Assembly (NCBI GenBank): GCA_963805625.1
Contig: CAWDVE010000019.1
Coordinates: 576,001-640,000, forward strand
Source: an uncultured Candidatus Rokubacteria bacterium
Lineage (GTDB): Bacteria > Methylomirabilota > Methylomirabilia > Rokubacteriales > DASRDR01
Direction of reading: 5' to 3'
Length of the DNA stretch: 64,000 bases
Below are positions 27,682-37,535 of the stretch, piece after piece. The stretch's first letter is position 1. Every line of letters starts with the position of its first letter. The notes beneath the pieces are model-generated. The model worked only from the letters and a program-made list of their open reading frames with translations, did not search any database and was not told the origin of the DNA. The translations under genes and the position numbers were made by a program.

Positions 27682-28254
27682 TCATCCGCGTTCCATCGAC
27701 CAGAACTCGGGGCCGAAGTGGTCCCACGGCAGGCGCCACTCGTCGGTCCGATCGCGGTCCGCGGTGAAGAACTGGTTGACCGCGTAGAGAATCGACTGGG
27801 GCTCCGTCCCGAGGTTCGCCACCCCGTGAGCCACGCCCCGGGGGATCAGCAGGCGGTGGCAGCGCCCGGCGCCCAGGACCAGGCGCTGCGGGGTCGGCCG
27901 TGTCTCGGAATGGACGTCGCGTCGAAGATCCGCAAGGCCGACGAGGAGCGTCGCGTTGGGTGGCACGACGAAGAGGTCTTCCTGGTCGAGGTGGAGGTGC
28001 CAGGCCTTGACCGCGCCGGGCTGGAGCAAGCTCCAGTTCCACTGGACGGGCCGGAAGGCCTCGAGCCCCTGGATGCCGCCGCTCCCTCCATCGATCCGCG
28101 CGATCTCCGCGAATAGTCCGTCCGCGCTCCGCGAGACGGCTACCTCCGAAAGCACCACGCCGGCGATCGGCGCGCGCGGTGCGTAGGACTGACGGGTCAG
28201 ACGCTGCCGCGCCTCGTCGACGAGGTCATCCGGATCGAGGGGACGCGGCTCCAT
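27682..28254 (-). CDS. dTDP-4-dehydrorhamnose 3,5-epimerase-like cupin (RmlC family)
   Basis: 'DG.FAE', 'GAVKAWHLH', 'DLR', 'LLIPRGVAHG'. Confidence 0.8.
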   Translation of the reverse strand: MEPRPLDPDDLVDEARQRLTRQSYAPRAPIAGVVLSEVAVSRSADGLFAEIARIDGGSGGIQGLEAFRPVQWNWSLLQPGAVKAWHLHLDQEDLFVVPPNATLLVGLADLRRDVHSETRPTPQRLVLGAGRCHRLLIPRGVAHGVANLGTEPQSILYAVNQFFTADRDRTDEWRLPWDHFGPEFWSMERG

Positions 28255-28314
28255 ACCCGCGGCATTCTATCATCCATCGTGTCCGATGTGCGGCCCTGAC
28301 GGCCTTCGTCCTGG

Positions 28315-29208
28315 TCAGGAGGACGGATGCGGACTCGTCGCCTCCGCAAGGTAGAAGGCGTCGAGTGCGGCGACGGCGATCGGCTCCGCCAGGGTTGGCG
28401 CATGGCCAACTCCCTCGACGTCGACGTGGCGGAGACGCGGCTGCCGCACCTGCATGGCCGCCGCCGTCTCTCGAGAGAGGATGTCGCTCTCGGAGCCGCG
28501 GAGGACGAGGACGGGACATCGAAGGGCTTCGAGGGCCGCCCACCATGCCTGGCTCGCGGCGCGGGTGGCCTCCGGCGTCGGGCGGGGGGCGCGCCCGATC
28601 GCCGGGTCGAACTTGAGCCGCCATGCGCCATCCGGCGCCCGCCGGACCGCCCAGCGGATCGCGTCGGTCACCGTCTCGGGCGGAAGCCCCGTGAGCCAGG
28701 GATACTGCGCGAGGGCCCACGCGATGGCGGCGGCGAGGTCCGGGAAACGCTCCGGGACGGCAGCCGTGTACGTCGCGACGCGCGTGGCGCCGCGCGGGTC
28801 GATCTCGGGCCCGATGTCATTGAGAGCGAGGGAGCGGAGCCGCCCCGGCGCCGCCCGGGCGAGCGAGAGCCCGATGAGCCCGCCTAGCGAGGTGCCGAGG
28901 ACGTGGACGGCGTCCAGCCCGAGCGCGTCGAGCAGTGCGAGCACGTCGGCGACGTACTGCGGGATCGCATAGGTATCCGCCGCCCACCCGCTCTCCCCCC
29001 GGCCCCGGAGATCGAGCGCCACGCAGCGGTGGCGCCGAGCCAGCCGTGCTGCGACGGCGTCGAACGCGTGGCTTTGCTGCGTGAGCCCGTGGAGGAGGAG
29101 GACGGTTTCCGCCCCGGCTGCCCCGCCGCCGACCCCATCCCGCCGACCCTGCCAGTCCTGAAAATGGAGCCAGACCCCGTTGAGGTGGAGCCACTCGTCC
29201 GTGTACAT
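28315..29208 (-). CDS. Alpha/beta hydrolase
   Basis: 'LLHGL', 'DLRGRGES', nucleophile elbow 'GTSLGG', 'LNDIGP', 'GVGHAP'. Confidence 0.9.
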   Translation of the reverse strand: MYTDEWLHLNGVWLHFQDWQGRRDGVGGGAAGAETVLLLHGLTQQSHAFDAVAARLARRHRCVALDLRGRGESGWAADTYAIPQYVADVLALLDALGLDAVHVLGTSLGGLIGLSLARAAPGRLRSLALNDIGPEIDPRGATRVATYTAAVPERFPDLAAAIAWALAQYPWLTGLPPETVTDAIRWAVRRAPDGAWRLKFDPAIGRAPRPTPEATRAASQAWWAALEALRCPVLVLRGSESDILSRETAAAMQVRQPRLRHVDVEGVGHAPTLAEPIAVAALDAFYLAEATSPHPSS

Positions 29209-29219
29209 GGGCGCCCGCC

Positions 29220-29248
29220 ATGATGCGGAGGGCGTCGTGTCCTGTCAA
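29220..29248 (-). promoter_or_regulatory. Sigma70-type promoter of the hydrolase gene
   Basis: TTGACA(29248-29243)-N17-CATCAT. Confidence 0.5.
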
Positions 29249-29351
29249 TTGCGTGGGCGGCGATGGGCGCACCCGAGCCGGTGAGTCGACGCATGATCCA
29301 GGCGCTCCTTCGATTGCGAGCCTCCAGGGCGCCGGGTAGGATGGGCTTGGG

Positions 29352-30083
29352 ATGGGTGCGCTCCTCTCCTTCGATGCCCTGCTCGGTCTGGCGACGCTCA
29401 CCCTCATGGAGATCGTGCTGGGCATCGACAACGTCGTGTTCATCGCGATCCTGGTGGCGAAGCTGCCGGCCGCCCAGCAGAACCTCGCGCGCCGGCTGGG
29501 CCTCACCCTGGCGCTCGGCATCCGCATCCTCCTGCTCCTGGCGATCTCCTGGATCATGGGGCTCACGAAGCCGCTCGTGACCTTCGGGGAGAGCGAGATG
29601 TCGGGACGCAGCCTCATCCTGCTGGGCGGGGGGCTCTTCCTCATGTTCAAGGCGACGCGGGAGGTGTACGAGAAGGTCGAGGGGCACGCCCACGAAGCGG
29701 CGCACGGCAAGTCGCGCGCCATGTTCGGCTGGGTCCTCTTCCAGATCCTCCTGCTCGACATCGTGTTCTCGCTGGATTCCGTGATCACCGCGGTGGGCAT
29801 GGCGAACCAGGTCTCGGTCATGATCACGGCGATGGTCCTCGCCATGCTCGTGATGCTCGTGTCGGCTGGAGCCGTGAGCGGCTTCGTCGACCGGCACCCG
29901 AGCGTCAAGATCCTGGCGCTGTCGTTCCTCCTCCTCATCGGGGTGATGCTGGTGGCCGAGGGGATGGGCACCCACATGGCGAAGGGGTACGTCTACTTCG
30001 CGATGGCGTTCTCCCTCTTCGTCGAGATGCTGAACCTGCGCTACCGGCAGCGTGACGTGGCCCGACGCCGTGCGCGTGCCTGA
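29352..30083 (+). CDS. TerC family membrane protein
   Basis: 'EIVLGIDNVVFI', 'DIVFSLDSVITAVG', 'KGYVYFAMAFS..VE.LN'. Confidence 0.93.
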   Translation: MGALLSFDALLGLATLTLMEIVLGIDNVVFIAILVAKLPAAQQNLARRLGLTLALGIRILLLLAISWIMGLTKPLVTFGESEMSGRSLILLGGGLFLMFKATREVYEKVEGHAHEAAHGKSRAMFGWVLFQILLLDIVFSLDSVITAVGMANQVSVMITAMVLAMLVMLVSAGAVSGFVDRHPSVKILALSFLLLIGVMLVAEGMGTHMAKGYVYFAMAFSLFVEMLNLRYRQRDVARRRARA

Positions 30084-30086
30084 CCC

Positions 30087-30824
30087 ATGCGATCGGATGG
30101 GCGGACCGCCCTGGTCACCGGCGCCGCGCGCGGGATCGGCCTGGCCATCGCCCGGCGGCTCGCCGAGGACGGGCTCCGGGTCGCTCTCCTCGATCTGGAC
30201 CGCGACCGAGTGGACGCGGCGGCGCGCGACGTGGGCGCGGGCGCCGTCGCCTTGGTCGCGGACGTTACCCGGAGCGCGGAGGTGGATGTCGCCGTGCGGA
30301 CCACCGTGGAGCGCTGGGGCCGGCTCGACGTCCTCGTGAACAACGCCGGCATCACGGGGCGCTCGTTCCCGATCTGGGAGCTCGACGACGCGGACTGGGA
30401 GCGCGTCTTGGCGGTTGACCTCACGAGCGTCTTCTACTGCTGCCGGGCGGCGATCCGGGTCATGCTCCGGCAGGGATCGGGGCGGATCGTCAACATCGCC
30501 TCGATCGCCGGCAAGGAGGGGAACCCGACCCTGGTCCCGTACTCCAGCGCGAAGGCTGGGGTGATCGGGCTCACGAAGGCCCTCGCGAAGGAGGTCGCCA
30601 CCCGAGGGATCCTGGTGAACGCCGTCGCGCCGGCCGTGATCGGCACCGAGCTCCTCCAGCAGATGGAGCGGAGCACGGTGGATCTCCTGATCTCCAAGAT
30701 CCCCATGGGCAGGGTGGGGCGGCCGGAGGAGGTCGCCGCGCTCGTGGCCTGGCTCGCCTCGGAGGAGTGCTCCTTCAGCACCGGCGCCGTGTACGACCTG
30801 TCCGGCGGCCGGGCGACCTACTAG
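30087..30824 (+). CDS. SDR family NAD(P)-dependent oxidoreductase
   Basis: 'TGAARGIG', 'NNAG', 'YSSAK', 'IPMGRVG.PEE'. Confidence 0.92.
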   Translation: MRSDGRTALVTGAARGIGLAIARRLAEDGLRVALLDLDRDRVDAAARDVGAGAVALVADVTRSAEVDVAVRTTVERWGRLDVLVNNAGITGRSFPIWELDDADWERVLAVDLTSVFYCCRAAIRVMLRQGSGRIVNIASIAGKEGNPTLVPYSSAKAGVIGLTKALAKEVATRGILVNAVAPAVIGTELLQQMERSTVDLLISKIPMGRVGRPEEVAALVAWLASEECSFSTGAVYDLSGGRATY

Positions 30825-30951
30825 GCTCCGTGGCAGAGCGCTGAGGGCGAGGCTTGGGATCACCGAGGCTCGCGAGAAGATCCACGGCTGAAGGGCTAAC
30901 GCGCTCCAACACGATTCCGTGTCGAGGCGATCTGAACCAGGAGGCGACGCG

Positions 30952-31254
30952 ATGGCGGGTGTCCTGACGGTGGTGGCGAGGATCCATCCGAAGGGGGGCC
31001 GGGAGAGCGAGGTCGAGGGCCTGCTCGTGAAGATGGCGGCGGCCGTGCGGCAGCACGAGCCCGACTGCCTGGTCTACCGGCCGCACCGCTCCACAGGTGA
31101 GCCGACGGTCTTCTACTTCTACGAGCAGTACCGCACTGACGCCGCGTTCGAGCTCCATCGGACCGCGTCGCATCTCGCCGGGTACCGGGCCGAGATGAAG
31201 GAGCTGGTCACGCGGCCGTCGGAGATCGAGCTCTACCGCTCGCTCACGGCCTGA
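30952..31254 (+). CDS. Antibiotic biosynthesis monooxygenase (ABM/YgiN-like) protein
   Basis: 'EPDCL.Y', 'FYFYEQY....AFE.H....H'; AGGAGG RBS. Confidence 0.85.
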   Translation: MAGVLTVVARIHPKGGRESEVEGLLVKMAAAVRQHEPDCLVYRPHRSTGEPTVFYFYEQYRTDAAFELHRTASHLAGYRAEMKELVTRPSEIELYRSLTA

Positions 31255-31256
31255 CG

Positions 31257-32492
31257 TCAGGCGGGGGCGGCGCTCGTCCGGGGGGCGGGCGCTTCCGATA
31301 TCGCCCACGCCATGAAGGCGGCGGTGCCCGAGAGCGCCGCGCCGGCGATGAAGAACGCCGTGTAGCTGCCGGTGAGGTCGTGGATGAGCCCGCCCGCGTA
31401 CGAGCCGACGGCGGACCCCAGCTGGTGGGTCAGCGACACCAGGCCGAACACGGTCCCCGCCGAGCGGCGGCTGAAGAGGATCGTGGAGAGCGCCGTGGTC
31501 GGTGCGACCGTGGAGAAGTCCACGATGCCGTACGCCACGGCGAAGACGAAGAGCGACGTCGGGTCCGTTGCGAACACGAGGTACACGAGCGTCACCGCGC
31601 GACCGGCGTAGATCCAGCCGAGCAGCCGCGTGTAGCCGAGCCGGTCGGAGATGGCGCCGGAGAGCGTCGTGAAGACCATGTTCACGAGCGAGAGGACGCC
31701 GAACGCGCTGGCGGCCGTCACGGCGGAGATGTGGTGGTCCTGGGCGTGGGGGATGAAGTGGGTGTCGATCAGCCCCCCCGTCGTCACGCCGCACACGAAG
31801 AAGGAGAGCGCGAGCCACCAGAAGTTGGCGTGGCGGAGGATCTCGTTCACGGCCATCGGGGATTCCGCGCGGGCCGCGGTCGCGCGGGCGCGGCCCGCGG
31901 CCTGGCCCGGGTCATCCCGGAGCAGGAGGAGGACGACCGGGAGCGCCACCACGAGGATGCCGACGCCCAGCCAGGCGAATGCGGCCCGCCAGCCAACGAC
32001 GTTGATGAGGGTAGCCATGACGGGCAGCAGCACGAGCTGCCCGGCCGCCGACCCGGCGGAGACGACGCCGATCGCGAGACCGCGCCGCGCCGTGAACCAG
32101 CGGGCGACCGCGACGGCGGCGGCGGGGCCGGCCACGCCGCCGATGCCGAACATGATGAGGACGCCGAAGATCAGGTACGCCTGCCAGAGGGTCACGATCG
32201 AGCTGACGGCGACGGTCCCTACGCCGAGGAGGGAGATGCTCGCCGCGAAGATCACTCGGGGCCCCGTGCGGTCGGCCCAGCGCCCTGAGAGGGCCTGGGC
32301 CAGTCCGTACACCACGAAGCCGAGTGAGGCGGTCAGGCTCACCGCCGCCCGGTCCCACCCGAACTCGGCCTCCCACGGCTTGACGAGGAGACCGATGGTC
32401 CCGCGCACGCCCAGGGCCACGGCCTGCGCGAAGAAGATCACCCCCACCACGGCCCACGCGTATGACGGCTCCCGCTCGCGCCCCTCCGTCAC
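31257..32492 (-). CDS. MFS transporter (OFA/YbfB-like)
   Basis: About 12 TM helices; 'G.WADR.GPR', 'RWF..RRGLA.G', 'HQLGSA.G...GG'. Confidence 0.9.
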   Translation of the reverse strand: MTEGREREPSYAWAVVGVIFFAQAVALGVRGTIGLLVKPWEAEFGWDRAAVSLTASLGFVVYGLAQALSGRWADRTGPRVIFAASISLLGVGTVAVSSIVTLWQAYLIFGVLIMFGIGGVAGPAAAVAVARWFTARRGLAIGVVSAGSAAGQLVLLPVMATLINVVGWRAAFAWLGVGILVVALPVVLLLLRDDPGQAAGRARATAARAESPMAVNEILRHANFWWLALSFFVCGVTTGGLIDTHFIPHAQDHHISAVTAASAFGVLSLVNMVFTTLSGAISDRLGYTRLLGWIYAGRAVTLVYLVFATDPTSLFVFAVAYGIVDFSTVAPTTALSTILFSRRSAGTVFGLVSLTHQLGSAVGSYAGGLIHDLTGSYTAFFIAGAALSGTAAFMAWAISEAPAPRTSAAPA

Positions 32493-32631
32493 CGCCGCCT
32501 CCTGTCGGGCTTGAACTTCCCTCGTTGAGATGGGCGGTGGGACAGTGAGGATTCCCGGTCGACCCCTCCCGAACTCCGGAGTCCGTCCGCGCCGTGACGC
32601 GGGCAGGCCTCTCCGCTATCATCATCGCGCT

Positions 32632-32780
32632 ATGGGGAGCGCCATGGGAGGAGACGCCGAGCGCCACGCCGGCGCGAGGAGGACGGCGCCGACGGGCTCG
32701 CACCCGACGCCGCCGGCGCTCGCGGAGCGGATCGCGGCCGATCCGTACGGGCGCTGGCTCGGCATCGAGCTCCTCGACAG
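32632..32780 (+). pseudogene. N-terminal remnant of a PaaI/hotdog thioesterase
   Basis: 'LAERIAADPYGRWLGIELL' resembles PaaI N-termini; the frame then becomes non-homologous, with no HGG motif. Confidence 0.5.
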
Positions 32781-32842
32781 TAGCCCCGCGCCCCGTCGAC
32801 GAGTGGCGACCTCTGGCGACCTCCGGCGGCCTCCGGGGTCGG

Positions 32843-33601
32843 TCAGCGCCCGGAGAGCTTCAGCAGCTCCTCTAGGGGCTTGATGTCGAACGGTTGGGGG
32901 GCCCGCAGGATAAAGTGCTGCACGCCGGCGCGGAGCAGATCGTCGATCTGACCGAAGAGATCCGGGCTGATCGAGCAGGTGCGCTCGACGGTCTTCGGGT
33001 CGCGCCCGACCTTCTGGCACCAGTCGGTCAGGATCTCGTTCTTGCGCTGCCAGTTGTCCACTGGCGGGAACGTGTTCCACATGTCCGCGTACTGCGCCGT
33101 GAGCTTGAGCGTCACCTTCTCGCCCCCGCCCCCGATCATGATGGGCACGCTGCCGATCGGCGGCGGCACTAGCTTGGCGAGCCGCGACTTGATCCGCGGC
33201 AGCGCCGCTCCGAGATCCCGCAGGCGGGACGGCGCGGTCCCGAACTCGAACCCGTACTCCTGATAGTCGCGCTCGAACCAGCCGGCGCCGATGCCGAGGA
33301 TGGCACGGCCTCCGCTCATGTGGTCCATGGTGGCGACGTCGCAGGCCAGCAGCTCGGGATTCCGGTAGCTGTTCGCGTGCACGAGCGAGCCGAACCGAGC
33401 GTGCCGTGTCTCGGCCGCGATCGCCGCCAGGAGTGGCATGCAGGAGAAGTGGTTGCCATCCGGCGGCCCGTAGAGGGGGAACATGTGGTCCCAGACCCAG
33501 AGCGTGTCGACGCGGAGCGAGTCCGCCGCCCGGTAGGCCTCGCGAATCTGCTGGACCGTGCAATGCTGGGGATGGATCTGGTAACCGACCCGGAATCGCA
33601 T
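32843..33601 (-). CDS. LLM-class, probable F420-dependent oxidoreductase (MSMEG_2906-like)
   Basis: 'GYQIHPQH', 'WDHMFPLYG..DG.HF', 'NSYRNPELLA', 'GIGAGWFERDY.EYG.EFGT'. Confidence 0.85.
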   Translation of the reverse strand: MRFRVGYQIHPQHCTVQQIREAYRAADSLRVDTLWVWDHMFPLYGPPDGNHFSCMPLLAAIAAETRHARFGSLVHANSYRNPELLACDVATMDHMSGGRAILGIGAGWFERDYQEYGFEFGTAPSRLRDLGAALPRIKSRLAKLVPPPIGSVPIMIGGGGEKVTLKLTAQYADMWNTFPPVDNWQRKNEILTDWCQKVGRDPKTVERTCSISPDLFGQIDDLLRAGVQHFILRAPQPFDIKPLEELLKLSGR

Positions 33602-33668
33602 CTGCCGACCTTGCCCTCTCTGACGCCGGCGCGGCGTGCCGAAGGTGAAACAGCGGCTGGGGCGGTGG

Positions 33669-34670
33669 TCAGTAGCCCCGTGCCCGGTCCACGAGGTTCA
33701 GGAGGGGCGCGCCCGCCAGATAGCGACGGAGGTTCTCGGCAAACAGCTCGGCGCACCGGTCGTCGTAGCTCGGCAGGAACCCCGACACGTGCGGCGACAG
33801 GATGACGTTGTCGAGATCGTAGAAGGGGTGCCCCGCAGGCGGCGGCTCCGTGGCGAACACGTCGATGGCCGCGCCGGCGATCCGGCGCTCCGTCAGCGCG
33901 TGCGCGAGCGCGCCCTCGTCCACGCTGGCGCCCCGGCCCACGTTGATGAAATACGCGGTGGGCTTCATCGCGGAGATCGTCGCCCGGTCGATGAGGTGCC
34001 GCGTCTCGGCGGTGAGCGGCGCCGAGAGCACGACCACGTCGCAGCGCGGCAGCATGCGCGGCAGCTCGCTCGGGCCGTACCACTCGGCGGGGAGCGTCCC
34101 GTCCGGATCCCCGGTGCCGGGCAGGCCGTACCCGGGATCGGCCCGCGCCCCCGGATCGCGCTTGCAGGCAAGCACGGTCATCCCGAACGCGGATGTCGCG
34201 ATGCGCGCGAGTTCTCGGCCGATGCTCCCGTAGCCGATCACGCCGAGGGTCGCGCCGCGCACCTCGGTCGGCACGAACAGGCCCCAGCGCTCCGCGTCGG
34301 GTGGCCACGCCTTCCGGGCGTGCCACTCGAGCATCCGCGGGACGCGGTGCGCGAGGGCGAGGAGCACCGTGATCGCGTACTCGGCGATCGTGGCCGCGTG
34401 GACTCCGCTCGTCGTCGTGAGCGGAATCGCGGTGTCCCGATAGAGAGGATGGTCCTGGAGCGAGTTGACACCGGCCATGTGGAGCTGCACCCACCGGAGA
34501 TCCGGAGCGCGCGCGAGGTCTCGGGGCGGACTCCCCGTGTACAGGACCTCGGTTCCCCGGTAGTCGGCCGTGGCCGGGTCATCGCGCATCACGGTGAGGC
34601 GCGGCGAGGCCGCCCGGATGCGGTCGAGCTGCGCATCGCTGAACGGCATCGTGACGAGCACGCGGGTCAC
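33669..34670 (-). CDS. D-2-hydroxyacid dehydrogenase family protein
   Basis: 'GYGSIG', 'PLT.ET', 'INVGRG', 'DVF..EP', 'SPHVSG'. Confidence 0.92.
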   Translation of the reverse strand: MTRVLVTMPFSDAQLDRIRAASPRLTVMRDDPATADYRGTEVLYTGSPPRDLARAPDLRWVQLHMAGVNSLQDHPLYRDTAIPLTTTSGVHAATIAEYAITVLLALAHRVPRMLEWHARKAWPPDAERWGLFVPTEVRGATLGVIGYGSIGRELARIATSAFGMTVLACKRDPGARADPGYGLPGTGDPDGTLPAEWYGPSELPRMLPRCDVVVLSAPLTAETRHLIDRATISAMKPTAYFINVGRGASVDEGALAHALTERRIAGAAIDVFATEPPPAGHPFYDLDNVILSPHVSGFLPSYDDRCAELFAENLRRYLAGAPLLNLVDRARGY

Positions 34671-34920
34671 GACGCGCCCCCTGCGCCCGATGCCAGCTCC
34701 GGCCTCGTCACGGTCCGCTCGCGAGTCGAACCGGAGATCGGCGATCTGGTAGAACTCGTCGCCCGGTCCCCTTTGCCACGGTGATCCGGCGGATCCGGGG
34801 CCACTTCTTGACCGTGGGCAAGTGGGTCCCCCAGTAGTAGGCGTCGAAGGCGGCCGGATCGGCCGGCTGCCCGACGTACATCACCGACACCTTCACCAGG
34901 GAGTACCCCTTCGCGGCCAT
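34667..34920 (-). pseudogene. EthD family protein with an apparent +1 frameshift (or a sequencing error)
   Basis: 'PADPAAFDAYYWGTHLP' continues in the +1 frame as 'PGDEFYQIADLRFDS', ending at a TGA that overlaps the GTG of the next gene. Confidence 0.65.
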
Positions 34921-35085
34921 CCGGCCGCCGCTGGACAGTGTCCGTTCCCCGGGCATCTTACGTCGACTCCGGTCGCTCACGAAGAGGAGGCGGGCGTGTC
35001 GGCTGGAGCGGCGGCCCGAGCGTGGCGGTCCCTGGCTGCGGCATGATGGAGGCGTGTTCGTGATCCGACGCGGAAGGAGAGGCCT

Positions 35086-36582
35086 GTGACGCCACAGGCC
35101 GAAGGCCGTCTGGACGTCCCGGCGATCCGGATCCGCGCGATCGGCGCCGTGCCGGTCCGGGCGGAAGGTGCCTACGTCCTCTACTGGATGACCACGGCCC
35201 GCCGGGTGGGATCGAGCTTTGCCCTCGACCGCGCGGTTGGCTGGGCGCGGGAGCTGGGGAAGCCGCTCCTGATCCTGGAGGCCCTCGGCGTCGGCTATCC
35301 ATGGGCGAGCGACCGCCTGCACCGGTTCGTGCTCGACGGCATGGCGGACAACGCCCGGCGCCTCGCGACGCGCCCCGTCCTCTATCACCCCTACGTCGAG
35401 CCGACGGCTGGCGCGGGACACGGCCTCCTCGACGCCCTCGCGGCGCGCGCGGCGGTTGTGATCACGGACGACTTCCCGTGCTTCTTCCTGCCCCGGATGC
35501 TCGAGACGGTGGGGCGGCGCGTCCCGGTCCGGCTCGAGGCCGTCGACGGCAACGGTCTCCTGCCGATGCGGGCCGCGAGCGAGGTGTTCACGACCGCCCA
35601 TGCCTTCCGCCGGTTCCTCCAGCGGACCCTGCCGGCGCATCTTGGGATTGCGCCCACGGCGGACCCGCTCAGACGCACGGCGCTCCCGCCGGCGCCCGCG
35701 TTGCCGGCGGCCGTGCGCCGTCGCTGGCCTCCGGCCTCGCCCGAGACCCTGGCCGCGACTCCGGCCGCTCTCGCGCGGCTGCCCCTGGACCACACCGTGA
35801 GCGAGGTGCCGACGCGGGGCGGGGCCGGCGCCGGCCGCGCGGCTCTCGCCCGCTTCGTGGCCGAGCGGCTTCCGCGCTACGCCGAGGAGCGCAACGAGCC
35901 CGAGAAGGACGTGGCGAGCGGGCTCTCACCCTATCTTCACTTCGGCCACGTGTCGGTTCACGAGGTTCTGGCCGCGCTCGCCCGCCGCGAGGACTGGGCG
36001 CCGGCGGACGTGGCGCCCCGCGCGACGGGCCGCCGGAGCGGATGGTGGCGGATGAGCCCGACGGCCGAGGCGTTCCTCGACGAGCTGGTCACATGGCGCG
36101 AGATCGGCTTCAACATGTGCTGGCAGCAACCCGGCGACTACGACCGCTACGAGTCGCTGCCCGCCTGGGCGCAGCGGACGCTCGCCCGGCACGGGCGGGA
36201 CCGCCGGCCGCGGGTGTACAGTCTTGCCGACCTCGAAGCCGGGCGGACGCACGATCCCCTCTGGAACGCGGCGCAGATGCAGCTCGTCCGCGAGGGGCGG
36301 CTCCACAACTACCTCCGGATGCTCTGGGGGAAGAAGATCCTGGAGTGGTCGGCGACCCCACGGGATGCGCTCGCGGCGATGATTGAGCTGAACAACAAGT
36401 ACGCGCTCGACGGGCGTGACCCGAATTCGTACACGGGGATCTTCTGGGTGCTCGGCCGCTACGACCGCGGCTGGGGACCGGAGCGGCCGATCTTCGGCAC
36501 GGTGCGCTACATGAGCTCGGAGAACACGGCGCGCAAGGTCCGCGTCCGCGACTACGTCAAGCGGTATGGCCTGACCCCATGA
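35086..36582 (+). CDS. Class II CPD photolyase-like protein
   Basis: 'YVLYWM', 'SGLSPYLHFG', 'THDPLWNAAQ', 'HNYLRMLWGKKILEW', 'NNKYALDGRDPNSY'. Confidence 0.9.
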   Translation: MTPQAEGRLDVPAIRIRAIGAVPVRAEGAYVLYWMTTARRVGSSFALDRAVGWARELGKPLLILEALGVGYPWASDRLHRFVLDGMADNARRLATRPVLYHPYVEPTAGAGHGLLDALAARAAVVITDDFPCFFLPRMLETVGRRVPVRLEAVDGNGLLPMRAASEVFTTAHAFRRFLQRTLPAHLGIAPTADPLRRTALPPAPALPAAVRRRWPPASPETLAATPAALARLPLDHTVSEVPTRGGAGAGRAALARFVAERLPRYAEERNEPEKDVASGLSPYLHFGHVSVHEVLAALARREDWAPADVAPRATGRRSGWWRMSPTAEAFLDELVTWREIGFNMCWQQPGDYDRYESLPAWAQRTLARHGRDRRPRVYSLADLEAGRTHDPLWNAAQMQLVREGRLHNYLRMLWGKKILEWSATPRDALAAMIELNNKYALDGRDPNSYTGIFWVLGRYDRGWGPERPIFGTVRYMSSENTARKVRVRDYVKRYGLTP

Positions 36583-37535
36583 GCGCAGCCATTCCCAGGC
36601 CCGACAGCGCGCCGCGGCTTCGCATCGCCGTCACCGGCGCCACCGGGCTCGTGGGGAGCGCGCTCGTGCCTGCGTTGCGCGCCGCGGGGCACCGGGTCGA
36701 CCGCCTGAGCCGCCGGGTCCCGGAAGCGGGATCGACGGACATCCAGTGGGATCCAGCGCGAGGCCGGCTCGACCCCCGGGCGCTCGAGGGCGTGGACGCG
36801 GTCGTGCACCTCGCGGGGGAGAGCATCGCGGCGCTCCGCTGGACCGGATCGACGAAGGAACGGATCCGGCGGAGCCGCGTGGATGGCACGCGGCTCCTGG
36901 CCGAGACGCTCGGGCGCCTCACGCGGCGGCCCCAGGTTCTCCTGTCGGCGTCTGCCGTCGGTTACTACGGTGACCGGGGCGAGGCGCCGCTCACCGAGGA
37001 GAGCGCTCCGGGCTCGGGCTTCCTTGCCGAGGTCTGCCGCGAGTGGGAAGCGGCGGCCGACCCCGCGCGGGCGGCTGGCATCCGCGTCGTTCACCCCAGG
37101 CTCGGCGTCGTCCTCGCGGGGCAGGGGGGCGCCTTGCCGCGGATGGCCCTCCCGTTCCGGCTCGGCGTCGGCGGTGTGATCGGAAGCGGCCGCCAGTACT
37201 GGAGCTGGATCGAGGTCGGCGACCTCGTGCGGGCCATCGAGCTCTGCCTCGCGCTCGACGCTCTCGCGGGGCCGGTGAACGCCGTCGCGCCCGCTCCGAT
37301 CGCCAACCGCGAGTTCACACGGGTGCTGGGCCGCGTTCTGGGCCGCCCAACTCTCGTGCCTCTGCCGGCGCTCGCGGTCCGGCTCCTCCTCGGCGAGATG
37401 GGCCAGGCGCTGCTGCTGGACAGCGCGCGCGTCCTGCCGCAGCGCCTCGAGCGCGCCGGCTTCCGGTTCCGGCACCCCGGCCTGGAGACCGCGCTCCGCG
37501 CCGCGCTCGCGCGCGAGCGCACGGAAACCGGATGA
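36579..37535 (+). CDS. TIGR01777 family (YfcH-like) NAD-dependent epimerase
   Basis: 'TGATGLVG', 'HLAGE', 'SASAVGYYG', 'GFLA..C..WE', 'GSG.QY.SWI'. Confidence 0.92.
   Translation: MSAAIPRPDSAPRLRIAVTGATGLVGSALVPALRAAGHRVDRLSRRVPEAGSTDIQWDPARGRLDPRALEGVDAVVHLAGESIAALRWTGSTKERIRRSRVDGTRLLAETLGRLTRRPQVLLSASAVGYYGDRGEAPLTEESAPGSGFLAEVCREWEAAADPARAAGIRVVHPRLGVVLAGQGGALPRMALPFRLGVGGVIGSGRQYWSWIEVGDLVRAIELCLALDALAGPVNAVAPAPIANREFTRVLGRVLGRPTLVPLPALAVRLLLGEMGQALLLDSARVLPQRLERAGFRFRHPGLETALRAALARERTETG

Noticed and set aside
29249-29351. yybP-ykoY (Mn) riboswitch upstream of terC
   Set aside because: No recognisable consensus; a -10 box 9 nt before the ATG suggests there is no leader at all.
34765-34776. 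Programmed -1 frameshift at A-AAG-GGG
   Set aside because: The homologous continuation is in the +1 frame, not -1.
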